A stretch of 64,000 nt of DNA from Terriglobia bacterium (GCA_963760265.1 CAVXCR010000029.1:46779-110778); one strand, 5' to 3'. Numbered from the stretch's first letter, positions 49,272-58,367 are shown. A program made the numbers and translations. The notes: generated from the sequence alone by a model not told the origin.

Positions 49272-50780
49272 TTGTTGAAATCCCGGCTTCCGATCGTCAA
49301 TTGCCGCGTTTTGGCGCGACTTGTTGCGCTTGCGGCCATACTCGCTTCTTTCGCGCTCGCGCAGGCACCGCCCCAGGCTCAGCCCACGCCGCCGCAGCCC
49401 GACGTCTATCTTCAACAACCGCAGCAACCGGCAACGGCACAGGCGCCGCCAGAGCCCGCGCCAAAACCCCAGAGGAAACAGTCTCAAGCTCCCGCGCAGG
49501 CCACTCCCGAGCACCGCATCACGCCCGAGGAAGCCAAAGAACTGCTCAACGCGGTTGATGAGGTACTGAAGTTCGACAGCGGCGACACCGGCCTGCGCAT
49601 CAAGCATGAGATCAAGCGCCAGCTTGCCGACCGCGAGCAGGTGCAGACCTACATCGAGGCGCGGCTGAAAGACGATGAAGACACGCAGCGGCTCCAGCGC
49701 TCCGAAGTCGTGCTCAAGAAATTGGGTTTGCTGCCGCGCGATTTCGATTTGCAGACCTTTCTTGTCGAATTGTTGCGCGAGCAGGTGGCCGGCTATTACG
49801 ACACCAAGACCAAGACCGTGTACCTGCTCGACTGGCTGCAGCCGGCGTCGCAACTGACGGTGATGGCGCATGAGCTGACGCACGCCTTACAGGACCAGAA
49901 TTTCGGACTGGAGAAGTGGATCGAGAAGGGAACCTCGGAGAAGACGCCGACGGAGGAGGCGCGCGGTGACGAGGAGATCGCGGCGCGCCACGCCGTGGTC
50001 GAGGGCCAGGCGATGGCGGTCATGATCGATTACCTGCTGGCGCCCACCGGCAACTCGGTCGTGAACTCGCCGACCATCACGCAGGCGATCCAGCAGGGCA
50101 TGATGGAGAGCGACGATTCCCCGGTGTTCAACCGCGCGCCGCTGTTCCTCAAGCGCGTGCTGCTGTTTCCTTACCGCGAAGGGCTCAATTTCGAGCGCGA
50201 GTTGCTGGTCAAGGGCGGCAAAGACAAGGCTTTCGCCGGCGTGTTCAAGTCACCGCCGCAAAACACGCGCCAGGTGATGGAGCCCGCAACCTATCTCGCC
50301 GGTGAAAATCTCCCGCAAATGCCGGTGCCCGATATCGCCAGGCTGCTGGGAAAAGATTGGGAGAAGTATGACGTGGGCTCGATTGGCGAGTTCGACGTCG
50401 CGGTGATGGCGGAGATTTATTCCGGCGCTGACGCGGCCAAGAAAATCTATCCGCAGTGGCGCGGCGGCTGGTATTACGCGGTCAAGCGGAAGAACGGCGG
50501 TGAGTTGGCGCTGGTGATGGTGACGAAGTGGGCGAATGGGATAGCAGCGGACGATTTCTATGGCCTGTACGGTCGTTACGTCCCCAAGCGCTACCAGACG
50601 CTCCCGGCGCCATTGCCCGCTCCTCCCGTGCTTTCAGGACCAGCGCCTCGTTCCGCCGAGCTCTGGAACACCGCCGATGGCCCGGTGGAAATCAGGCTGA
50701 CCGGCGACACCGTCATCGCGATTGAAAGCGTGCCCGCAGAGATGGTCGACAAAGTTCGTCAGGCAGTGCTGGGCAAGTGA
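49272..50780 (+). CDS. secreted HExxH zinc-metalloprotease-like protein
   Basis: Signal-like LARLVALAAILASFALAQA, a P/Q-rich linker and VMAHELTHALQDQNF. The start is uncertain: the first 27 nt of the ORF-track ORF are a repeat element. Confidence 0.65.
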   Translation: MLKSRLPIVNCRVLARLVALAAILASFALAQAPPQAQPTPPQPDVYLQQPQQPATAQAPPEPAPKPQRKQSQAPAQATPEHRITPEEAKELLNAVDEVLKFDSGDTGLRIKHEIKRQLADREQVQTYIEARLKDDEDTQRLQRSEVVLKKLGLLPRDFDLQTFLVELLREQVAGYYDTKTKTVYLLDWLQPASQLTVMAHELTHALQDQNFGLEKWIEKGTSEKTPTEEARGDEEIAARHAVVEGQAMAVMIDYLLAPTGNSVVNSPTITQAIQQGMMESDDSPVFNRAPLFLKRVLLFPYREGLNFERELLVKGGKDKAFAGVFKSPPQNTRQVMEPATYLAGENLPQMPVPDIARLLGKDWEKYDVGSIGEFDVAVMAEIYSGADAAKKIYPQWRGGWYYAVKRKNGGELALVMVTKWANGIAADDFYGLYGRYVPKRYQTLPAPLPAPPVLSGPAPRSAELWNTADGPVEIRLTGDTVIAIESVPAEMVDKVRQAVLGK

Positions 50781-50906
50781 AGCGAATTTCTGATTACCGA
50801 TTTGCGATTGTCGATTGGCACACGCGAGGGCTCGTGTGCTGCACCAACCCCCAGCCAGTAGCCACTGTTTTATAATCCACGATTCACCCTTCATCAGGAG
50901 TTTCGT

Positions 50907-51779
50907 TTGGCGGAAGCGGAAATTGGAATCATCGGCGGCAGCGGCCTGTACCAGATGCCCGGCCTGACCGACACGCGCGAACTGCGCCAGGACACCCCCT
51001 TCGGCGATCCTTCGGACAAGTACATCCTGGGTACGCTCGAGGGCCGCAAGGTGGCTTTTCTTTCGCGGCACGGGCGCGGGCACCGCGTCATGCCCAGCGA
51101 GCTGAATTTCCGCGCCAACATTTACGGCTTTAAACAGCTCGGGGTGGAGCGCATCGTGTCGCTTTCGGCGGTGGGATCGCTGAAGGAAGAGCACAAGCCG
51201 CTGGAGTTCGTTATCCCCGACCAGTTCTACGACCGCACCCGGCGGCGCGTTTCCACGTTCTTCGGCGATGGCGTAGTGGTGCACGTTGCCTTCGCCGATC
51301 CGGTCTGTCCCGAGGTCGCGGTCGCAATGCAGCAGGCCTGTGGCGCGGCCGGCGTTGTCGGCAAGCGCGGCGGGACCTACCTGTGCATCGAGGGCCCGCA
51401 GTTTTCCACCAAGGCGGAGTCCAACCTGTACCGCTCCTGGGGCATGGACGTGATCGGCATGACCAACCTGCAGGAGGCCAAGCTGGCCCGCGAGGCGGAG
51501 ATCTGCTACGCGACGTTAGCCATGGTCACGGATTACGACTGCTGGCATCCGGCGCACGATTCCGTCACCGTGGACCAGATCGTCGCCGTGCTGGTGAAAA
51601 ACGCGGCCAACGCCTGCAACGTGGTGCGCGAGGCGGTGAAGGTGATGCCGAAACAACGCAAATGCCATTGCGGTTCGGCGCTGGCCTCGGCGATTATTTC
51701 CGACCCCAAGCTGATTCCGGCGGCAACGCGCGAGCGGCTGAAGCTGATCCTGGACAAGTATCTGGGAGAGAGGCGTTAG
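50907..51779 (+). CDS. mtnP: S-methyl-5'-thioadenosine phosphorylase
   Basis: IGIIGGSGLY..., ...FLSRHGRGHRVMPSELNFRANI..., ...GMTNLQEAKLAREAEICYA... TTG start with an AGGAG RBS. Confidence 0.9.
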   Translation: MAEAEIGIIGGSGLYQMPGLTDTRELRQDTPFGDPSDKYILGTLEGRKVAFLSRHGRGHRVMPSELNFRANIYGFKQLGVERIVSLSAVGSLKEEHKPLEFVIPDQFYDRTRRRVSTFFGDGVVVHVAFADPVCPEVAVAMQQACGAAGVVGKRGGTYLCIEGPQFSTKAESNLYRSWGMDVIGMTNLQEAKLAREAEICYATLAMVTDYDCWHPAHDSVTVDQIVAVLVKNAANACNVVREAVKVMPKQRKCHCGSALASAIISDPKLIPAATRERLKLILDKYLGERR

Positions 51780-51980
51780 TGGCCAGAACTGGTTTCAAAA
51801 CTCGGTTTTTGGGTAGGGCACGGCTTCAGCCGTGCCGATCGAGGCCGCAAGAATAGTGGGCTTTAGCCCCTGAGGGATATTTTCCCTACAGCGAAAATTT
51901 ATTTGTGGTCAGCGTTCAGCAATACAGATTCCTCGCTGCGCTCGGAATGACAAATTGTTATTTTTAGTTTTGGGGGGTTA

Positions 51981-52908
51981 ATGGCTATTCTGGTTGTAGG
52001 CTCGGTCGCGTTCGACACCATCCAAAGTTCTTTCGGCAAAGCGGAAAAAATCCTGGGCGGATCGGCGACCTACTTCTCTCTCGCCGCCAGTTATTTCACC
52101 GACGTGCGCATTGTCGCCGTGGTGGGCGACGATTTCACGCGCGAGCACGAAGACGTGCTGCGCCGGCGCGGCGTTTGCCTCAAAGGCCTGCAGCGCGCCC
52201 CGGGCAAGACTTTTCACTGGGGCGGCGAGTACGGCGAGAACATCAACGAGGCCAAGACGCACTTCACCGACCTCAACGTCTTCGAAAAATTCCAGCCGCG
52301 GATTCCCGCCGAATACTTCGACTCGGAATTTCTCTTTCTCGCCAACATTGATCCCGTGCTGCAGGCGCAGGTGCGGCGCGAGTTGAAGCTGGTGCGCCTG
52401 GTTGGCGGCGACACCATGAATTTCTGGATCAACGGCAAGCGCCGCGAGTTGCTGGATACGCTCAAGCTCATGGACCTGCTGCTGATCAACGACACCGAAG
52501 CCAAGATGCTGGCTGGCGAGTCCAACCTGTTGCGCGCGGCCAACAAGGTGATGGTCGATGGGCCCCAAGGCGCTGGTCATCAAGCACGGCGAGTACGGCG
52601 CCACCATTTTCTTCGGCGACCGCATGTTCGGCGGCATCGGCCACCATCCGTTCCGTGCGCCCGCGCTGCCGCTGGCCGAAGTCCGCGATCCCACCGGCGC
52701 CGGCGATTCCTTTGCCGGCGGATTCATGGGCTACATCGCCTCGCAGGGCGAATTGAACCGTGAAGTGCTGAAACGCGCCATGTTCTATGGCGGCGTTATG
52801 GGATCGTTCGCCGTGGAACGCTTCGGCCCGGAACGCCTGCAGAACCTAACGCGGGAAGAGATCGAGGCGCGGTTCGAGATCTTCCGCGAGCTGACACATC
52901 TGGAATAA
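51981..52908 (+). pseudogene. PfkB-family sugar kinase, frame disrupted near 52557 (or assembly indel)
   Basis: MAILVVGSVAFDTI...LLINDTEAKMLAGESNLLRAANKVM, then a frame change, then MGPKALVIKHGEYGA...DPTGAGDSFAGGFMGY. Confidence 0.8.
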
Positions 52909-52921
52909 TCCGGAGCTGCTT

Positions 52922-53060
52922 CACCACGGAGACACGGAGTCACGGAGAAATTAAGAATCCGAGTCAGAATGACGAATGATTCTCGGTTCTTCGATCATTC
53001 TTAATTCTGACTTCTTCATTCTGACTTTGATGTTCTCCGTGCCTCCGTGTCTCCGTGGTG
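52922..53060. repeat. ~140-nt nested inverted repeat (CACGGAG words outside, AT-rich GTCAGAATGA words inside)
   Basis: CACCACGGAGACACGGAGTCACGGAGAA ... TTCTCCGTGCCTCCGTGTCTCCGTGGTG, with an inner palindromic AT-rich core. Confidence 0.8.
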
Positions 53061-53110
53061 ACGCATGATGTAATCTGCTCCCATGGCCGATCGCGCCGAA
53101 AAACTGGAGT

Positions 53111-54787
53111 GTGCGCCAGGAACGCGCCGAGCGCCTGCGCGAACGCGGCGTCGGCATCGGCGAGGTGCAGGTGCTGGCGCTGGCCGCGATTGCGCTCTCC
53201 GTGGCCTCGGTCGCGCACTACTACAAGTGGGGCCAGATCCTGCTTTCCGGCGACGCCGTGGCGCACATCAACATCGCCCGCCGCGTCTTCGATTCGCGCA
53301 CGCCCGGCTTGCAGCAACTCGGCACCGTATGGCTGCCGCTGCAACATCTCCTCACCATTCCATTCATCATCTCCGACGCCGGCTGGAGCAGCGGCGTCGG
53401 CGGCGCCATTCCCTCGATGGCCGCGTTCGTTCTCGGCGCGCTCGGGATGTTTCGCCTGGTGCGCTCCGGACTCGCTTGGATTGGCGGCGAGGATGGCCCC
53501 GCGCGCGTGGCCGCCTGGATTGCCGCCGGCATCTTCGCCGCCAATCCCAACCTGATTTATCTCCAGACCACGGCGCTCAACGAGCCGCTCAGCCTGGCGC
53601 TGCTGATCTGGGCCACGGCGTTCTTTACCGACTTCGCGCAGTTCGCCCTCCACGGTGAAGACGAGGAAGCGGCGCGGCATTTGAAGTGGTGCGGCTGGCT
53701 GCTGATGTGCGACATGCTGGTCCGCTATGACGGCTGGTTCTATGGCGCGGCATTCGTCGCGGCGGCAGCGGGGGTCGTTTTGGTTGCTTCGCGCACGCGC
53801 CTGCGCCGCAACCTGCTGGGCAATCTCGGTCGCGCGCTCGCCACTTTCGTTCTCATCAATGCGCTCGCGCCCGCGCTCTGGTTCGGCTACAACGCGTTTC
53901 TCTGGGGGAACCCTCTGGAATTCGCCACCGGCCGGTATTCGGCCAAGGCCATTGCGTTGCGCTCGCGCCACGCCGGCGATCCGCATCATCCCGGCTGGCA
54001 CAGCCCGACCGTCGCCACGCAACATTTTGTCCGCAACGCAACCCTGACGCTCGCTGAAACGCGCCGAGATCCGCGCTCTCCATCATCGTGGATGGAGAAA
54101 ACCTGGGTGTTGCTCGCGATTGCGTCAATCGGTCTTGTCCTGGTCCGCCGCAGGGGACTGTTGCCGTGGCTGCTGCTCTGGATTCCATGGCCGTTTTACG
54201 CCATCGCCATCGCCTGGGGCGCAGTGCCCATCTTCATTCCGCAGTGGTGGCCGTTTTCGTATTACAACACGCGCTACGGGCTGCAATTGTTGCCGGCCGC
54301 CGCCGCCTTTGTCGCGCTGCTGGTGTATTTCGCCATGACCCGGGATCGTTCGCCAGTGTGGCGCGCGGGCGTGGCGGTAGTGGTGTGCGCCTTCGTCGCA
54401 CTCAGCTACGCCTCCGTTTGGCGAAATGTGCCGATCTGCCTGCGCGAAATCAGGGTCAACGGCGGCCCGCGGTACGCCTTGGATGGGCGCCTGGGATCGC
54501 TGCTGGAGAGCCTGCCGCCTTCTTCGACCCTGCTGATGTTCCTCGGCGACCATGGTGGCGCGCTCGAGCGGGCCGCGATCCCACTGAAGCGCACGATTAA
54601 CGAAGGGAATTCCAAGTCGTGGGATGCCGCCCTGCGCGCGCCCGCCGCGAATGCGGATTTCGTGATTGCCGGTGCGGGCGACCCGGTGGCACAGGCGGTG
54701 GCGCTGCATCACGAAAATTTGGAATTGCTGATCGTGGTGCAGACCGCGGGCCAATTGCCGGTGAGAATCTATAGGAGCAGGCGTTAG
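53111..54787 (+). CDS. GT39/ArnT-like membrane glycosyltransferase
   Basis: Polytopic membrane protein, ...GDAVAHINIARRVFDSRTPGLQQLGTVWLPLQHLL... GTG start, uncertain. Confidence 0.7.
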   Translation: MRQERAERLRERGVGIGEVQVLALAAIALSVASVAHYYKWGQILLSGDAVAHINIARRVFDSRTPGLQQLGTVWLPLQHLLTIPFIISDAGWSSGVGGAIPSMAAFVLGALGMFRLVRSGLAWIGGEDGPARVAAWIAAGIFAANPNLIYLQTTALNEPLSLALLIWATAFFTDFAQFALHGEDEEAARHLKWCGWLLMCDMLVRYDGWFYGAAFVAAAAGVVLVASRTRLRRNLLGNLGRALATFVLINALAPALWFGYNAFLWGNPLEFATGRYSAKAIALRSRHAGDPHHPGWHSPTVATQHFVRNATLTLAETRRDPRSPSSWMEKTWVLLAIASIGLVLVRRRGLLPWLLLWIPWPFYAIAIAWGAVPIFIPQWWPFSYYNTRYGLQLLPAAAAFVALLVYFAMTRDRSPVWRAGVAVVVCAFVALSYASVWRNVPICLREIRVNGGPRYALDGRLGSLLESLPPSSTLLMFLGDHGGALERAAIPLKRTINEGNSKSWDAALRAPAANADFVIAGAGDPVAQAVALHHENLELLIVVQTAGQLPVRIYRSRR

Positions 54788-54882
54788 GTTTTAGGCTTTA
54801 GGTTTTAGGCGTTCGGCTTTAGGCTGTAGCGCTGGGGAGGAGCACTGGCCTTAAGCCTAAAACCTAAAGCCTAAAGCCTAAG
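54784..54882. repeat. inverted repeat built from TTAGGCTTTAGG words
   Basis: TTAGGTTTTAGGCTTTAGGTTTTAGGCGTTCGGCTTTAGGC ... GCCTTAAGCCTAAAACCTAAAGCCTAAAGCCTAAG. Confidence 0.8.
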
Positions 54883-54892
54883 ACCCAAAATT

Positions 54893-55678
54893 ATGGCTTC
54901 CATTCCATTTACGAAGGCTCACGCATGCGGCAACGACTTCCTGCTCATTGAGGGCAAGCACGCCCCCAAGGACCTGAAGGCGTTTACGGTTAAGATCTGC
55001 GACCGGCATTCAGGTGTCGGCGCCGATGGGGTGGAATGGGTCTTTTCCGACCCGCAGGCTGACGCCCGCGCGCGCCTGTTCAACGCCGACGGCTCCGAGG
55101 CCGAAATCTCCGGCAACGGGACGCGCTGCGTCGCCGCCCATCTGGTGGCACAGAAAAAATGCGACAAGCTGACCATCCGTACCGGCGCGGGCATCAAGAC
55201 CTGCACCCTCATCCGGCACGAAGGCCATCATTTCGAATTCGAAACCGTCATGGGTGAGCCCCAGGTCGGCGATCCGTTTTCCCTCAAGATGGCTTTCGGC
55301 GAGCAGCTTGGCATTCCGGTCTCGATGGGCAACCCGCACTTCGTGTTTTTCGTGGATGAATTTGTCCCCGGATGGCAGGCGGAGGCGAGCGAAATCGAGC
55401 ACCATCACGACTTCAGGTTTGGCACGAATGTTGAGCTGGTACGTGTTCTAGCCAAAGGAGAAATTGAAATCCGAATTTTCGAGCGTGGGGTGGGCGAAAC
55501 GCGCTCCTCGGGTACCGGATCGTGCGCCGCCGCCGTGGCCGCAATCGCCCGTGGACGGGCGCAGTCGCCGGTGCGCGTGACATCACCCGGCGGCTCGCAG
55601 ACCGTGCGCTGGGAACGCGAGGTCTTCCTCACCGGCCCGGCGGAGATTGTGTGCCGGGGAGAATTTCTCTCCCCGTGA
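54893..55678 (+). CDS. dapF: diaminopimelate epimerase
   Basis: FTKAHACGNDFLLIE..., ...ISGNGTRCVAAHL..., ...SSGTGSCAAAVAA... Confidence 0.95.
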   Translation: MASIPFTKAHACGNDFLLIEGKHAPKDLKAFTVKICDRHSGVGADGVEWVFSDPQADARARLFNADGSEAEISGNGTRCVAAHLVAQKKCDKLTIRTGAGIKTCTLIRHEGHHFEFETVMGEPQVGDPFSLKMAFGEQLGIPVSMGNPHFVFFVDEFVPGWQAEASEIEHHHDFRFGTNVELVRVLAKGEIEIRIFERGVGETRSSGTGSCAAAVAAIARGRAQSPVRVTSPGGSQTVRWEREVFLTGPAEIVCRGEFLSP

Positions 55679-55681
55679 AGT

Positions 55682-55763
55682 TGGAGCGCGCTCGCCCTCG
55701 AGCGCGACGGTGCGGGCTTGAGCCCCGGCAAAATCGGCAATCGACAATCGACAATCGAAAATG
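55682..55763 (+). repeat. intergenic repeat element, copy 1 (GC palindrome plus CAATCGA heptamer array)
   Basis: TGGAGCGCGCTCGCCCTCGAGCGC ... ATCGGCAATCGACAATCGACAATCGAAAATG. The same ends occur at 56792-56889. Confidence 0.75.
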
Positions 55764-55780
55764 TTCTGATAGTCACGCCG

Positions 55781-56755
55781 ATGCCCGACATCCTCCGCCA
55801 ATCCCAACCCTTGCTCAAGCCCCCCGCGCTCCGTCCCGGCGACCGCGTCGGCATTGTCGCGCCCGCCAGCTATTTCAAGCGCGAGTTATTCGATCACGGC
55901 GTGGCGGCGCTGCGCCGGATGGGATACGAGCCCGTATTCCTCGACACCATCTTCGACCGCGATCTCTATTTTGCCGGCTCGGCCGCAAGGCGGGCTCGCG
56001 AACTGGAAGGCATGTTCTCCAGCGATGACATCCGCGCCATCCTCTGCGTGCGCGGCGGCTACGGCGCCAATTACCTGTTGCCGCACATTGACCTGGATAT
56101 CATCCGCAAGCATCCGAAAATTTTCGCCGGTTACAGCGACGTCACCTGCCTGCTCACCTGGTTCCACGATGCTGCCGGCCTGGTGACGTTTCACGGTCCC
56201 ATGATCACCGGCGATTTCGCCCGCGAGCACGGCGTCAACGAAATGTCGTGGCAGGCGGCGACGGCGGGGAACTTCAACTGGGAACTGGCCTCGCACCAGG
56301 TGTTCGGACTCAATCCGATGGTGCCGGGCCGCGCCGATGGCGTGCTCTATGGCGGCTGCCTTTCCATCCTGGTGGCGTCGCTCGGCACGCCCTACGAAGC
56401 GCAGACGGAAGGCAAGCTGCTTTTTCTGGAAGACATCGGCGCCAAGCCGTACCAGATCGATCGCATGCTGATGCAGATGAAGTTCGCGGGAAAGTTCCGC
56501 GACGTGCGCGGCATCATCTTCGGCGAGATGATGGACTGCATCCAGTCGCCCGACCAGCCCTACACCTTGCAGGAAATCGTGCAAAGAATAGTCGGTGATC
56601 TCGCGATTCCCATCGCGTATGGCTTGAGATCGGGACACGTCTCGCGCGAAAATGCCACCTTGCCTTTTGGGGTGAAAGTGGCGCTCACCGTGACCGCGGA
56701 AACCGTCCGCCTCGAGTTTCTGGAAAGTGCGGTCGCGGCGCGGGGAATTGCATGA
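55781..56755 (+). CDS. ldcA: LD-carboxypeptidase (peptidase S66)
   Basis: LRPGDRVGIVAPAS..., ...ILCVRGGYGANYLL..., ...FAGYSDVTCLL... Confidence 0.85.
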   Translation: MPDILRQSQPLLKPPALRPGDRVGIVAPASYFKRELFDHGVAALRRMGYEPVFLDTIFDRDLYFAGSAARRARELEGMFSSDDIRAILCVRGGYGANYLLPHIDLDIIRKHPKIFAGYSDVTCLLTWFHDAAGLVTFHGPMITGDFAREHGVNEMSWQAATAGNFNWELASHQVFGLNPMVPGRADGVLYGGCLSILVASLGTPYEAQTEGKLLFLEDIGAKPYQIDRMLMQMKFAGKFRDVRGIIFGEMMDCIQSPDQPYTLQEIVQRIVGDLAIPIAYGLRSGHVSRENATLPFGVKVALTVTAETVRLEFLESAVAARGIA

Positions 56756-56791
56756 TCGGGTGATCGGATCGGGCGATCTGAAAACTAACGA

Positions 56792-56889
56792 TGGAGCGCG
56801 CTCGCCCTCGCCCGGGGTCCCCTGCGGGCAGGGGTTGGCCCGCAGGGGTGGTCGAGCGCGTTTCAATCGGCAATCGACAATCGAAAATG
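56792..56889 (+). repeat. intergenic repeat element, copy 2, with a nested extra palindrome
   Basis: TGGAGCGCGCTCGCCCTCG-[CCCGGGGTCCCCTGCGGGCAGGGGTTGGCCCGCAGGGGTGGT]-CGAGCGC ... ATCGGCAATCGACAATCGAAAATG. Confidence 0.75.
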
Positions 56890-56904
56890 GTTTTGCATTA
56901 ACTC

Positions 56905-58323
56905 ATGTCCAAGCACATTCATCTGATCGGTATCTGCGGCACCGCCATGGCGTCGCTGGCGGGCATGCTGAAGCAGCGCGGCTTCGATGTCCGCGGCTCC
57001 GACACCGCCGTCTATCCGCCGATGTCGGATTTCCTCGCCTCGCTCAACATTCGAGTTGCGCAGCCCTACGCCGCCCAGAACCTCGATCCACGCCCTGACC
57101 TGGTCATTGTCGGGAATGCCATCTCCCGCGGAAACCCTGAGCTGGAGCGCGTGTTGAACGACCGCATCCCGTTCCAGTCCATGGCCCAGTTGCTGTACGA
57201 CGAATTCCTCCGCGGCCGCGAAGTCATCAGCGTCGCGGGCACGCACGGCAAGACGACCACCACCTCCATGCTGGCGTGGATCTTCGAAGCCGCCGGCCGC
57301 CGCCCGTCGTTCCTCATCGGCGGCATCGCGGAAAATTTCGGCGCCAGCTTCAAACTGGACGACGGACGCCACTTCATCATCGAGGGCGACGAGTACGACA
57401 CCGCCTTCTTCGACAAGGGCCCGAAGTTCCTGCACTATTTTCCCGACGCCGTCGTGCTCACTTCTGTCGAGTTCGATCACGCCGACATCTACAAGGACCT
57501 TGACTCGGTGAAGACCGCCTTCAAGCGCCTGGTCAACCTGGTGCCGCAGCGCGGGCGCATCATCGCCTGGGACGGCGCGCCCGAGGTGGACGAATGTGTC
57601 GCGCGCGCCTTCTGCCCCGTCGAGCGCTACGGCTTTGCCGACGAGTCGCACTGGCGCGTCACCGGCGTCCGCTACGACACCGACCGCACGCGCTGGTCGG
57701 TGCTGCGCGAAGGGAAGCCTTGGGCGGAGTTCGATTTCGCGCTTGCCGGCGAGTACAACGTGCTCAACGCCACCGCCGCCGCGGCCATGGCGTCCACTTC
57801 CGGTATTGACGCCGCGCAGATCGCCGAAGCGCTGAGCACCTTCCAGAGCGTGAAGCGCCGCCTGGAGGTGAAGGCCGAAATCGGCGGCATCACCATCATT
57901 GACGATTTCGCGCACCATCCCACTGCCATCGCCGAAGCCTTGAAGGCGCTGCACACCCGCTATCCCGGACGCCGCTTGTGGGCCATTCTGGAGCCGCGCT
58001 CGAACACGCTGCGGCGCAACGTCTTCCACCACGCTCTTGCGGCCAGCCTCGGGATGGCCGATGAGGTAATCGTAGCCGGCATCTTCAAGTCGGAAGCGAT
58101 TCCGCCGACCGAGCGGCTCGACTTGGAGGAGGTCGTAATGGCAATTCGCCGCCATGGCACGTCGGCGCGGCAATTGCCCGACGCTGACGCCATTGTCAGC
58201 GCCATCGTCCCCGAACTGCGCTCCGGCGATGTGGTCGCCATTCTTTCCAATGGCGGCTTCGGCGGCATCTATGAGAAGCTTCCGCGTTCGCTGAAAAATC
58301 GCGAGGTCTCCGCGAAAGCGTGA
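56905..58323 (+). CDS. mpl: UDP-N-acetylmuramate:L-alanyl-gamma-D-glutamyl-meso-DAP ligase
   Basis: IHLIGICGTAMASLAGMLKQRGFDVRGSD..., ...VAGTHGKTTTTSMLAWIF... Confidence 0.9.
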   Translation: MSKHIHLIGICGTAMASLAGMLKQRGFDVRGSDTAVYPPMSDFLASLNIRVAQPYAAQNLDPRPDLVIVGNAISRGNPELERVLNDRIPFQSMAQLLYDEFLRGREVISVAGTHGKTTTTSMLAWIFEAAGRRPSFLIGGIAENFGASFKLDDGRHFIIEGDEYDTAFFDKGPKFLHYFPDAVVLTSVEFDHADIYKDLDSVKTAFKRLVNLVPQRGRIIAWDGAPEVDECVARAFCPVERYGFADESHWRVTGVRYDTDRTRWSVLREGKPWAEFDFALAGEYNVLNATAAAAMASTSGIDAAQIAEALSTFQSVKRRLEVKAEIGGITIIDDFAHHPTAIAEALKALHTRYPGRRLWAILEPRSNTLRRNVFHHALAASLGMADEVIVAGIFKSEAIPPTERLDLEEVVMAIRRHGTSARQLPDADAIVSAIVPELRSGDVVAILSNGGFGGIYEKLPRSLKNREVSAKA

Positions 58324-58367
58324 AACATTCCTGTCGGAAAAGACCCACATCTGCCAAACGCGGGCAG

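Noticed and set aside
53083-53110. ATG at 53083 (preceded by TGTAAT 10 nt upstream) as the true start of the GT39 gene
   Set aside because: It is in a different frame from the long membrane-protein ORF. It could only be used if yet another frameshift is assumed, so the GTG at 53111 is kept with low confidence.
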